In this document: positions 48,171-55,511 of the stretch, in pieces
How positions within the stretch are numbered: the first letter of the stretch is position 1
Layout: each line of letters opens with the position of its first letter
From: a virus
Direction: 5' to 3' (one strand)
Virus record (IMG/VR): IMGVR_UViG_3300009551_000004
Length of the DNA stretch: 64,000 nucleotides
Made by a program: the position numbers and the translations under genes
Notes under the pieces: generated by a model
Database searches by the model: none
Seen by the model: only the letters and a program-made list of their open reading frames with translations
What the model was told of the DNA's origin: nothing

Positions 48171-48571
48171 TTCCTCGTCACCTCCTCGGTCGTTTCTCGC
48201 GTTGATATGACTGTATCACGCCGGTCTCGCGAATTCACTCATTGAGACCAATGCGAGACCGCGCCCCGGTCTCATGAGACCGGGGCGCGGCAGTCTCAGG
48301 ATGCCTGTTCGCGCTTAAACCGTTCCCGCGCCGTGGCCAGGCGACGGGCGACGGTGGCCCTGCTCAGGTGGGCCGGCAGCGACTGCTGCGCTTCGGGCAG
48401 CTTCAGTGCGTCAGGGTCGTTCCGCTCGACGATGAATCGGAGCAGGGTCTCCACCTCGGCCTCTGCGTCGGCACCGCGCACGGTGAGCGAAATCGTCTTA
48501 GTCTCACTCCTGACCTGCGGAATCTCAGCGGTCTCAACAGTCTCAGCAAGCGGGGTCTCATCCACGGTCTC
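47579..48571. repeat. Dense GAGACC/GGTCTC hexamer cluster (about 26 perfect copies)
   Basis: Counted by eye: 13 GAGACC and 13 GGTCTC on the plus strand, spanning two coding regions and the intergenic spacer. Confidence 0.85.
48261..48288 (-). terminator. Hairpin terminator built from the hexamer motif
   Basis: GCGCCCCGGTCTC-AT-GAGACCGGGGCGC. Confidence 0.7.
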
Positions 48572-49396
48572 ACCGATCGGGAACGGTGCGCCGTAGTCCG
48601 CGCCCCACACGCGCTGAGCGTTGGTGGCGAGCTGCATACCGCGCAGGAAGCGCTCCAAAGCGGCGGGGTCGTCCATGATGCCGGCGGCGGCGAGCGCCTT
48701 AACGAATCGGCGAACGTCCTTTTCGGTGCCCTCGGTGGTCATGCGGATGTGCGTGGCCTTGGCCAGCGCGCGTTCCCGGGCGATCGTCTTCGCGTCACGG
48801 CCCTCGTCGCCGAGGCCGAACAGCGCCAGGAAGCGCTCACGGAATTCGCGGGCAAGGCGGACGAACATCGAGTCGTCGCGGATCTCCAGCCCGCGCACCT
48901 CGATACCGAGCGCGAGGTGCAACATCACCAGGCTCAGGATCGGGCCGAGGATGACGCGGGCGATGCCCACCCAGAAGCCGCTCAGACTCCACGCCATGTA
49001 CGCCGAGACGGCGCAGAGCGTCCACGCGATCAGGCGAGCTGGCCCAGGGTGGCCGTGCTGACGGATCGAAGCGCGCATGCCCCAACCGCAGGCGATCTGC
49101 GCGAGCTCCAAGACGAAGAACATGATGCCGCGCACCCAGAGCGTGTTCACCTCCAGGACGACACCGAAGAACAGCCAGCTCGTGTCGACGGACACCGCCA
49201 TGCCGGCGACGGCCGCGAGGTAGAACAGGCCGGCACCCTTGGCCGCGTCGTCGCGAGCGGCGAGAAAGGCGCGAACGGCGTTGCCGGCCGTCTTGACGAT
49301 CGCGTACACCGTCCACGTGCCCGCTAGGGCGAGAATCGCGTAGAGGGCGGAAACCGCCCACCCCGGTGCGCTGTTCAGAAGCTCGTTGATGCTCAT
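48296..49396 (-). CDS. Polytopic membrane protein (DUF2637-like) with C-terminal HTH-like tail
   Basis: 366 aa with several hydrophobic helices; the tail reads LSRATVARRLATARERF. Confidence 0.65.
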   Translation of the reverse strand: MSINELLNSAPGWAVSALYAILALAGTWTVYAIVKTAGNAVRAFLAARDDAAKGAGLFYLAAVAGMAVSVDTSWLFFGVVLEVNTLWVRGIMFFVLELAQIACGWGMRASIRQHGHPGPARLIAWTLCAVSAYMAWSLSGFWVGIARVILGPILSLVMLHLALGIEVRGLEIRDDSMFVRLAREFRERFLALFGLGDEGRDAKTIARERALAKATHIRMTTEGTEKDVRRFVKALAAAGIMDDPAALERFLRGMQLATNAQRVWGADYGAPFPIGETVDETPLAETVETAEIPQVRSETKTISLTVRGADAEAEVETLLRFIVERNDPDALKLPEAQQSLPAHLSRATVARRLATARERFKREQAS

Positions 49397-49517
49397 TTTT
49401 CCTCCGTTCCGGTTCCGAGAATGAACCTACCAGAGGTGTTGCACGCGCGCAACAAGCACCGGGTCGACTTTTCGTCGATCCGGTGCTTGGTGTGAAGTTG
49501 TCGCAGGTCAGACGGTT

Positions 49518-49715
49518 TTACTCGTCTTCAGTTCCCACGTCATGAAGGGCTTTTTCCAGGTCGTGAATGCGCCATCGGAGCGTCTGCTCCTTCACTCTGG
49601 CACGGCTGTCCCGCTCGGCCAAGGTGGCGTTCATCCGAGCCAGGTAATTGTTGTGCGCCGAGAGTTCGCGACGTTCACGAAGAAGCTTCTTGACTAGTCT
49701 TACCAAGATCTTCAT
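49518..49715 (-). CDS. Small coiled-coil protein
   Basis: 65-aa ORF in the track. Confidence 0.6.
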   Translation of the reverse strand: MKILVRLVKKLLRERRELSAHNNYLARMNATLAERDSRARVKEQTLRWRIHDLEKALHDVGTEDE

Positions 49716-49719
49716 CGCG

Positions 49720-49845
49720 TCATCCCAGCCACTTCGTCAGCAGCAGCCCGGCCAGCGTCAAGACACCGGTCACAGTGGCGAAAACGGCGATGCCGGTGAT
49801 GGCCGAAACGAAGAGGTTGGGTTCGTGCTCGTCGTTCTGATCCAC
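49720..49845 (-). CDS. Small membrane peptide (41 aa)
   Basis: GTG overlapping the upstream TAG; one hydrophobic helix. Confidence 0.4.
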   Translation of the reverse strand: MDQNDEHEPNLFVSAITGIAVFATVTGVLTLAGLLLTKWLG

Positions 49846-50168
49846 TACGAATCCTTTTCTTCTGCTTTTCCTTCCGATTCAGGCGCTGGCCGATACGAAA
49901 ACAGCGCGCCGTGATCGGACATCAGCAACTGCGTGTCGTCGGGGAATGTCATCAACGTAACCCCGTGATCGAGGTCGCGCTGCTTGCGCAGAACGAATTT
50001 CCACTCAGCACCGGGGGTATCCGCTCGTGCCGGCACCCACTTCTGCATGCCGTGGATTTCTTCGTCGTAGTCGTCTTTCGGGACGACGAAGACCATATAT
50101 CCTCGTTTGACGCTGCCAGATTTGCGCAGTCGTTCTTCGAGTCCGGGCTTGTTGTCGTATCGAGGCAT
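49845..50168 (-). CDS. Hypothetical protein
   Basis: 107-aa ORF in the track. Confidence 0.7.
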   Translation of the reverse strand: MPRYDNKPGLEERLRKSGSVKRGYMVFVVPKDDYDEEIHGMQKWVPARADTPGAEWKFVLRKQRDLDHGVTLMTFPDDTQLLMSDHGALFSYRPAPESEGKAEEKDS

Positions 50169-50182
50169 GACCTCAGTATGGA

Positions 50183-50219
50183 GGCGGAACCTCGGCGACA
50201 GGGTGGTCGAGGTTCCGCC
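50183..50219 (-). terminator. Hairpin
   Basis: 12-bp stem GGCGGAACCTCG / CGAGGTTCCGCC. Confidence 0.55.
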
Positions 50220-50231
50220 AGTTCGGGGGTG

Positions 50232-50366
50232 TTAACGCCGCTTCGTCTTGCCGGCGTTGATCTTGCCGCCGCCGTGACGGAACGACTTCGTTCCGCGACG
50301 ACGCGCGGTTCGCGTCTGGCCGTCGGCCTTGGCCTGCTTCATCCGGGTGCTCAGCGCGGTCGGCAT
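50232..50366 (-). CDS. Small, highly basic protein (44 aa)
   Basis: ATG after AAAGGA; Lys/Arg-rich. Confidence 0.5.
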   Translation of the reverse strand: MPTALSTRMKQAKADGQTRTARRRGTKSFRHGGGKINAGKTKRR

Positions 50367-50380
50367 GATCCGACGTCCTT

Positions 50381-50755
50381 TCAGGAAACGAGAGCGGCGG
50401 CGCGAGCGAACTCGGCGGCGGCCTCGGGGTTGCTCTTCGGGCGGTAGGTCACCAGACGGCGCACGACCGTGCGGAAGTTGTACTCCTTGACCGGCACGAC
50501 GCGCTCGCTCTTGCGCGACTTCGTCTTCGGCTTGATCTTGGTGGTACTCATCTGCGTCGGAACGACACCTCGCGAGAATGCCGGCGCAAATCGCTGGGCG
50601 TTGTCCGGCGAAACACCGAGGGTGACCAGCCACGTGCGGGCCGGCTGGGGGGTCAGGGTCGCGACGCGACGCCGGGCGCGGTTCCGCTCACGGTCGGCGC
50701 GGGTGGACACGCGCAGCTGACGGGCGAGGCGGTGGCGCTCCTGGACGTTCGACAT
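50381..50755 (-). CDS. Basic hypothetical protein
   Basis: 124-aa ORF; promoter upstream. Confidence 0.65.
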   Translation of the reverse strand: MSNVQERHRLARQLRVSTRADRERNRARRRVATLTPQPARTWLVTLGVSPDNAQRFAPAFSRGVVPTQMSTTKIKPKTKSRKSERVVPVKEYNFRTVVRRLVTYRPKSNPEAAAEFARAAALVS

Positions 50756-50792
50756 GATGTGCTCCTGGTGGTTCGTTCCGGTTCCTGGTAAG

Positions 50793-50821
50793 ACCGTACC
50801 ACGGGCACATCATGCTGTAAA
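50793..50821 (-). promoter_or_regulatory. SigA-like promoter (TTTACA-17-TACGGT)
   Basis: GTGTTTACA family. Confidence 0.6.
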
Positions 50822-50869
50822 CACCTTGACTGTTTCCGCAGGTCGCAGGCCTGGTGATACCGTTACGTC

Positions 50870-51046
50870 ATGAACGAGCCGAAGCCGCCTGAAGGATTTC
50901 CCGCCTTCACTTCCAGTCAGGTGGGGGCCATCGCCATGCATGAGTTTCTGGAGATGCTGATCGAAGCCGGATGGCCAGAAAGGCGGGCAATTCTGTACCT
51001 CGTCGAGTTGGGTGAGCGGACCAGGAGAGATGGAGAAGGGACCTAA
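50870..51046 (+). CDS. Small hypothetical protein (58 aa)
   Basis: ATG only 6 nt after a TACCGT -10-like box (possibly leaderless); below the track cutoff. Confidence 0.4.
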   Translation: MNEPKPPEGFPAFTSSQVGAIAMHEFLEMLIEAGWPERRAILYLVELGERTRRDGEGT

Positions 51047-51440
51047 ATCAGCAAAAAGGGGCGACCTTCTTACATCGTATCGTCCGAAATGGCGTGACGA
51101 TGTAGACAATGACGACTACATCGCCGCTTTGGATTTTTTGTCGCTGGTCATGGAATCGGATATTGCCGCAATTAGTGTCGATCAACTGCGCGACCAGAAC
51201 GTCATCATCAAACGTAAAGCCAAAGACCTTTTACGTGCCGCCCAGCTGCCCCTGCTCGGCAGAACCGACGAGTATGTCATGCCCGAATTGGTGAAGATCG
51301 CCACGGGGGTTCGACTCTCCCCCGTGCTTTATCTTCGCGGCAACAATGCGCGGCATGCTATTATTGCCGACGGGTACCACAGAATCTGTGCCGCACATCT
51401 GTGCGATCCCGGATGCGACGTACCCTTGAAAATCATCTAG
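51030..51440 (+). CDS. ParB-like N-terminal (nuclease/CTPase fold) domain protein
   Basis: PVLYLRGNNARHAIIADGYHRICAAHL matches the ParB-box DGxHR..AA pattern; an alternative GTG start lies at 51012. Confidence 0.6.
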   Translation: MEKGPKSAKRGDLLTSYRPKWRDDVDNDDYIAALDFLSLVMESDIAAISVDQLRDQNVIIKRKAKDLLRAAQLPLLGRTDEYVMPELVKIATGVRLSPVLYLRGNNARHAIIADGYHRICAAHLCDPGCDVPLKII

Positions 51441-51453
51441 CAAAGGAAAAGGA

Positions 51454-52182
51454 ATGCCAGACAGGGATATCGTTATTCACGGCGTCGCTCATCGTGGCGC
51501 ATGTGATCCCGAAATCGCGGCCTTTGTGGCGAGTGCTCGATTGTCGGCTACGGTTTTGCCGGTTTATCCGCAACTCAACCAGCACCCCCTCATCGGTGAG
51601 GCTGAGGTGGGGATCGCGGCGAACGGTGACGTCAACGTCAGGGCGACGATTTTTGCGCGACACGCGTCATGGTTGATGGGGTTTCCTTTCCTTTCTGTGA
51701 CAATCGACGACCCGGAAGATGGCCCGCGCGAAATCATTCAAGTCGCGGTTACCGACCAGGTCACCGACCCGTTCCAACTCCCCTACCGGATCGTCGACTT
51801 CGATGACGCATTTCGTCATGAATTCTCGTATTTCTACGACCCCGTTGTCGAAGTCGACGAAGCGCACGAAGCGCAAGTTCAGCTCAACGGAGACGGCTCC
51901 GTACACCCGATGTTCAACGCGGGGAAGGTTCACATGGAATTGCGACACCGCACGGAGAACTTGCGGCGTGCAATTCCTGACGCCATCGCGCGGGCATTCG
52001 GATACGATTCTTGGACACGAGATCTGGAAACATGTGACCACTGCGACGAGTGGCCGATGACGTTGCTGGTCCTGCGTGAAGTGATGGGGGCGTTGAACAA
52101 CAAGCCGCCCCGTCGTGCGGAGTATCCCGTGATAGGCTTGCCTGTAATCGAGGAAGATGGAACTACTGGGGTTTCCCCGTGA
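51454..52182 (+). CDS. Hypothetical protein
   Basis: 242-aa ORF; ATG after AAAGGAAAAGGA. Confidence 0.75.
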   Translation: MPDRDIVIHGVAHRGACDPEIAAFVASARLSATVLPVYPQLNQHPLIGEAEVGIAANGDVNVRATIFARHASWLMGFPFLSVTIDDPEDGPREIIQVAVTDQVTDPFQLPYRIVDFDDAFRHEFSYFYDPVVEVDEAHEAQVQLNGDGSVHPMFNAGKVHMELRHRTENLRRAIPDAIARAFGYDSWTRDLETCDHCDEWPMTLLVLREVMGALNNKPPRRAEYPVIGLPVIEEDGTTGVSP

Positions 52183-52192
52183 CGAGGGATGT

Positions 52193-52342
52193 GTGTTCAG
52201 CGGTTTTCAGGATTGTGGACCGGTGGTGTGGCTGTTGGTAATGCTGCTGATTTTCTGCATGGTGATCATCGCGTTGTTGCTCGATCGGCCTCCCGAACCG
52301 ACCGACGACGCGGTGACCGAGTGCGACAAGCGACTTCCATAA
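52193..52342 (+). CDS. Small membrane protein
   Basis: GTG after GAGGGA; one hydrophobic helix; a terminator follows. Confidence 0.45.
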   Translation: MFSGFQDCGPVVWLLVMLLIFCMVIIALLLDRPPEPTDDAVTECDKRLP

Positions 52343-52343
52343 C

Positions 52344-52373
52344 GAAAGGCCCCGGCGCTCGCCGGGGCCTTTC
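52344..52373. terminator. Bidirectional terminator
   Basis: 13-bp stem GAAAGGCCCCGGC / GCCGGGGCCTTTC followed by a T-rich tail. Confidence 0.75.
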
Positions 52374-52376
52374 GTT

Positions 52377-52631
52377 TCACGTTTCTTTGTACACGTTCAT
52401 CACGTGGCCATTATCGGCCGGCGATACTATCCAGCACGCTCCCGCCATGGGTCGCCAACCGGCGCTGGCGATCTTCTCCAGGGCATTTCTCGTGGTCATG
52501 TCGGGTGCCCACGTGCCATGATGAGTTTTGCCGGTTGTGATTGTGACGCATTTATGACCTTGATCGACGGTGGCGATACCGAAGATCACACCTGCCATCC
52601 CGTTCTCATCTCCGATTTCATTTCGCGTCAT
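52377..52631 (-). CDS. Small hypothetical protein
   Basis: Start MTRNEIGDE with ATGA overlap. Confidence 0.6.
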   Translation of the reverse strand: MTRNEIGDENGMAGVIFGIATVDQGHKCVTITTGKTHHGTWAPDMTTRNALEKIASAGWRPMAGACWIVSPADNGHVMNVYKET

Positions 52632-52873
52632 TTGCCCTGAATGATCGGCCCGTTGATCGTGTGCGCCTGGTAGACCGTGCCAGTGACGTTGCCACTGATA
52701 TTGTTCCTGACGCCATCTTCGATGAGTTCGAGCTCGTCTTCGGCGTGCCAGATCGGGTCGTTGCCGAACCACGAAACCTGATGCGACGACTTGCCGCGTC
52801 GTGTGCCCGATTTGACGATGACGCCCACCTGCGCGGGCTTGCTCTTGAGTCGTACCCGGTCGAATTCCTTCAT
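52628..52873 (-). CDS. Small hypothetical protein
   Basis: 81-aa ORF with promoter upstream. Confidence 0.65.
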   Translation of the reverse strand: MKEFDRVRLKSKPAQVGVIVKSGTRRGKSSHQVSWFGNDPIWHAEDELELIEDGVRNNISGNVTGTVYQAHTINGPIIQGK

Positions 52874-52906
52874 GTTGATCTCTCTTTCCTGTTCCGTTGT
52901 CGCGTT

Positions 52907-52935
52907 ACGGTATCACGTTCGCGCGGTGCCGTAAA
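52907..52935 (-). promoter_or_regulatory. SigA-like promoter (TTTACG-17-TACCGT)
   Basis: Promoter family member. Confidence 0.55.
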
Positions 52936-53032
52936 CACTTGCTGCTCACGGTCGTTTTCCGGAAGACGCTTGACGCACGTCTGGTGGTGATGGTACGTTC
53001 TTATCACCGCTGGTCACCCGGCCGGTTCCACG

Positions 53033-53071
53033 GCACTCCGCCGGCACATTTCCCCCGTGCCGGCGGAGTGC
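53033..53071 (+). other. Perfect 15-bp hairpin abutting the first tRNA
   Basis: GCACTCCGCCGGCAC-atttccccc-GTGCCGGCGGAGTGC. Confidence 0.8.
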
Positions 53072-53073
53072 GA

Positions 53074-53148
53074 GCCTTCCTGGCCCAAATGGCAGAGGCC
53101 GTTGATTCAAAATCAACGCAAGTCTGGGTTCGAGTCCCAGGGAGGGCA
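53074..53148 (+). tRNA. tRNA with anticodon CAA (Leu-type anticodon and D arm, but a short variable region)
   Basis: GCCTTCC-TG-GCCC-AAATGGCAG-AGGC-C-GTTGA-TTCAAAA-TCAAC-GCAAGT-CTGGG-TTCGAGT-CCCAG-GGAGGGC-A. Confidence 0.6.
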
Positions 53149-53272
53149 CGTAGTACCGTCATAACCTAGGACATTGACGGAGCACTACCCGCGTACCATA
53201 CGGTCGGCGAAAATACGAAGGTCGCTCCTTCTATCACGGTTTTCGCGGTTCCAGTCCCTGCTGCGCGGTCAG

Positions 53273-53343
53273 GCCGTACAGCGCTGGCTGGGTCGGCGTG
53301 GCTGTAAACCACTCCCGTGGGGGTTCGAATCCCTCGTGCGGCA
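53273..53343 (+). tRNA. tRNA-like, anticodon GTA (Tyr), short variable region and weak D arm
   Basis: Acceptor GCCGTAC / GTGCGGC; anticodon loop CTGTAAA; T arm GGGGG-TTCGAAT-CCCTC. Confidence 0.45.
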
Positions 53344-53355
53344 CAAGAATTACAT

Positions 53356-53429
53356 GCTGGTGTAGCTCAATTGGAAAGAGCACCGCCCTGTCGAGGCGGG
53401 AGTTGCGGGTTCGAGTCCCGTCGCTAGCG
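53356..53429 (+). tRNA. tRNA-Asp (GTC)
   Basis: Canonical cloverleaf with anticodon arm CCGCC-CTGTCGA-GGCGG. Confidence 0.85.
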
Positions 53430-53486
53430 CAAAGTTGGAACTAGTCTTTCCCCGAAAACCAATCTTCCAATGTTCCAACTTTATCC

Positions 53487-53560
53487 GGCCTCGTAGCTCA
53501 GTTTGGGAGAGCATTCGGTTGAAACCCGAAGGGTCGCAGGTTCGAATCCTGCCGGTGCCA
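53487..53560 (+). tRNA. tRNA-Phe (GAA)
   Basis: Anticodon arm TTCGG-TTGAAAC-CCGAA; one acceptor mismatch. Confidence 0.8.
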
Positions 53561-53569
53561 CTTAAGTAC

Positions 53570-53642
53570 GGCTCCATAGCTCAGTCGGTAGAGCTCCCGA
53601 CTTTTAATCGGGAGGTCGCAGGTTCGAACCCTGCTGGGGTCA
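53570..53642 (+). tRNA. tRNA-Lys (TTT)
   Basis: Anticodon arm CCCGA-CTTTTAA-TCGGG with canonical D and T arms. Confidence 0.85.
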
Positions 53643-53645
53643 CAA

Positions 53646-53685
53646 GTTTCTACTGTGCATTCAACCCTGGATGCACAGTAGAAAC
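53646..53685 (+). other. Perfect 15-bp hairpin between tRNAs
   Basis: GTTTCTACTGTGCAT-tcaaccctgg-ATGCACAGTAGAAAC. Confidence 0.8.
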
Positions 53686-53691
53686 GTCCAG

Positions 53692-53765
53692 AGCGGGATG
53701 GCGCAGTTCGGTAGCGCGCCGGGCTCATAACCCGGATGTCATCGGTTCAAATCCGATTCCCGCCA
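53692..53765 (+). tRNA. tRNA-Met (CAT), initiator-like
   Basis: Anticodon arm CCGGG-CTCATAA-CCCGG has three G-C pairs next to the loop; the 1-72 pair is mismatched (A x C). Confidence 0.8.
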
Positions 53766-54032
53766 CGAGAGGGGCAATGCCGGTTCGAATCCGGTTGGTG
53801 AAAGCATCCGGTCACGGCCGGAGGGTGACTAACTGTCGGCTAACAGGCAAGCCACTCCTCGTTAAACAGGCGCACGGCAACGATCCATCGACACAAGGTC
53901 GGTGACACCTGGCGGTGACGGCCGCCGTGTGGCCTGCTACACCATCCGACATCTTGGCCCGAGTGTCGGAGTTTCATTCAAAGTGTGCGCACACAGGACG
54001 CGGCACGTGGCGTCTATCGGGCTGCCATAACT

Positions 54033-54131
54033 GGAGGATTGCCAGAGCGGCCAAATGGGCGGGACTGTCAATCCCGTGGTACAGCGAGTCCGGGGTAGCT
54101 GTATCCGTTGGTTCAAATCCAACATTCTCCG
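54033..54131 (+). tRNA. 99-nt class-II-like tRNA, Ser-like body, anticodon loop CTGTCAA (GTC)
   Basis: GGAGGAT-TG-CCA-GAGCGGCCAAA-TGG-G-CGGGA-CTGTCAA-TCCCG, then a 30-nt variable arm, then GTTGG-TTCAAAT-CCAAC-ATTCTCC-G. Confidence 0.5.
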
Positions 54132-54219
54132 CAGGTGCTGTACGGTAAAGGTGAAGAAACGATCCTCCGGGAGATAAACCGGCACAGACCAGGTGTAAGT
54201 CCTGGGCAGCATCAGATGA

Positions 54220-54262
54220 CCCCGCTCTGGCGACCCCGAAACCGCCAGAGCGGGGTTTTTCT
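54220..54262 (+). terminator. Strong intrinsic terminator after the tRNA cluster
   Basis: 13-bp stem CCCCGCTCTGGCG / CGCCAGAGCGGGG followed by TTTTTCTT. Confidence 0.85.
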
Positions 54263-54333
54263 TGCCCGATTTCAACGAAAGAAGCGACGTGCCCACCCTC
54301 ACCTCAGTCCCCGTTGCGCTCCGGCCGTTTTCT

Positions 54334-54831
54334 ATGGCGGGTGCGGCGATCGTCTCCAATCCGCAAAGAACTCGATACGACACACCACGCAAACCCAGTA
54401 AGTGGATTCTCGACGTTGACGGCACGCTGCTCCTGCGGCTGCCGGGTGGCCGTGGTCCGTTTGACTGGGATCGCGTGCATGAAGACGTGCCCAACGCACC
54501 GGTCATTCATGTGGTGCGAGCGCTCGCTCTGGCCGGCGACAGCTTCGTTGTGGTGTCTGGCCGACTCGACGTGTGCCGCGACGCGACGATTGCCGCACTG
54601 CATCGACACGTCTTTCTTCAGTCGTCGACAGCCTGGAATTCTGGCGACCTGTTCATGCGCGACAAGGCACGAGAGTTTATGCCTGACCACGAATTGAAGC
54701 GGGAATTGCTCCATCACGAGCTTGTTCCGCGTTACGACATTGTCGGCGCGATCGACGATCGTCACAAGGTTGTAGAGATGTGGCGTCAGGAAGGTATCTT
54801 TTGCATGCAGGTGGCCGACGGAAACTTCTAG
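54334..54831 (+). CDS. HAD-family phosphatase (polynucleotide 3'-phosphatase-like)
   Basis: WILDVDGTLL (motif I), VVSGR (motif II) and GAIDDR (motif IV); the start is uncertain (TTG 54262 or ATG 54334). Confidence 0.65.
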   Translation: MAGAAIVSNPQRTRYDTPRKPSKWILDVDGTLLLRLPGGRGPFDWDRVHEDVPNAPVIHVVRALALAGDSFVVVSGRLDVCRDATIAALHRHVFLQSSTAWNSGDLFMRDKAREFMPDHELKRELLHHELVPRYDIVGAIDDRHKVVEMWRQEGIFCMQVADGNF

Positions 54832-54869
54832 ATCAACTTCGCTGTCTTGCCGATGATACGATCACCAAC

Positions 54870-55511
54870 ATGACAGCAGCCCGGAGACCCGTCGTGCGTG
54901 AACAGTTGCGCGACGTGACGGGGACCGCTCTCGACCTCAACAGACGTTTGGAAGAGGTTGTCGCGGTCCCCGTCAGCAGCTTGGGTCGTAGTGGCAAACG
55001 TGGTCGAATCGACCATTCACAGCCGCCGTGGAACGCCCCCGTTGCGCACCTCATTTTGGAGATGCATGCACTTGCGCGATACCTGGAAGACGGTTTTCGC
55101 CTTCATTTGAATATGCAATGGCAGCCGCGCGGCGGCACCGACGAGAATACGCGATTTGCACTGCTGGCCATTCTCAATCTAGCCGAGTCGGCCGAGGATA
55201 GCTGCGTTTTCGAAGCCGTCCAGTCGATCGGTGGTTGGAATTCGCGCGCCTTGATCGTGCTGGGCGAACGCGACATGCCGCAACGTCTGCCACGCAATGT
55301 GGGTGAAACTGAACCACGTTGCCCTTACTGTCAACATCTGACGCTGCGATTCTGGTCGTCACGCGCCGTAGTACGATGCATCAATCCTGGGTGTTTTCAC
55401 GACGGACGGCGTCCCACCGCACGTATCGAGTATTCGGTTGTAGCCCGTGACTGGGTTCTTGCTTGGAATGACGGATCGGTTGGGATGCCGATTGACCAAA
55501 GGATTGCATGA
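54870..55511 (+). CDS. Hypothetical protein with C-terminal zinc ribbon
   Basis: Start MTAARRPVV; CPYC....C.NPGC. Confidence 0.65.
   Translation: MTAARRPVVREQLRDVTGTALDLNRRLEEVVAVPVSSLGRSGKRGRIDHSQPPWNAPVAHLILEMHALARYLEDGFRLHLNMQWQPRGGTDENTRFALLAILNLAESAEDSCVFEAVQSIGGWNSRALIVLGERDMPQRLPRNVGETEPRCPYCQHLTLRFWSSRAVVRCINPGCFHDGRRPTARIEYSVVARDWVLAWNDGSVGMPIDQRIA

Noticed and set aside
53766-54032. attP core, integrase target or tmRNA-like element suggested by the orphan T arm
   Set aside because: No integrase gene is present in the window, no matching acceptor strand exists, and there is too little sequence context to support it.
54033-54131. tRNA-Sec interpretation of the 99-nt long-arm tRNA
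   Set aside because: The anticodon loop reads CTGTCAA, not a UCA anticodon. The acceptor and T stems look 7/5, not 8/5, and the D stem is short.
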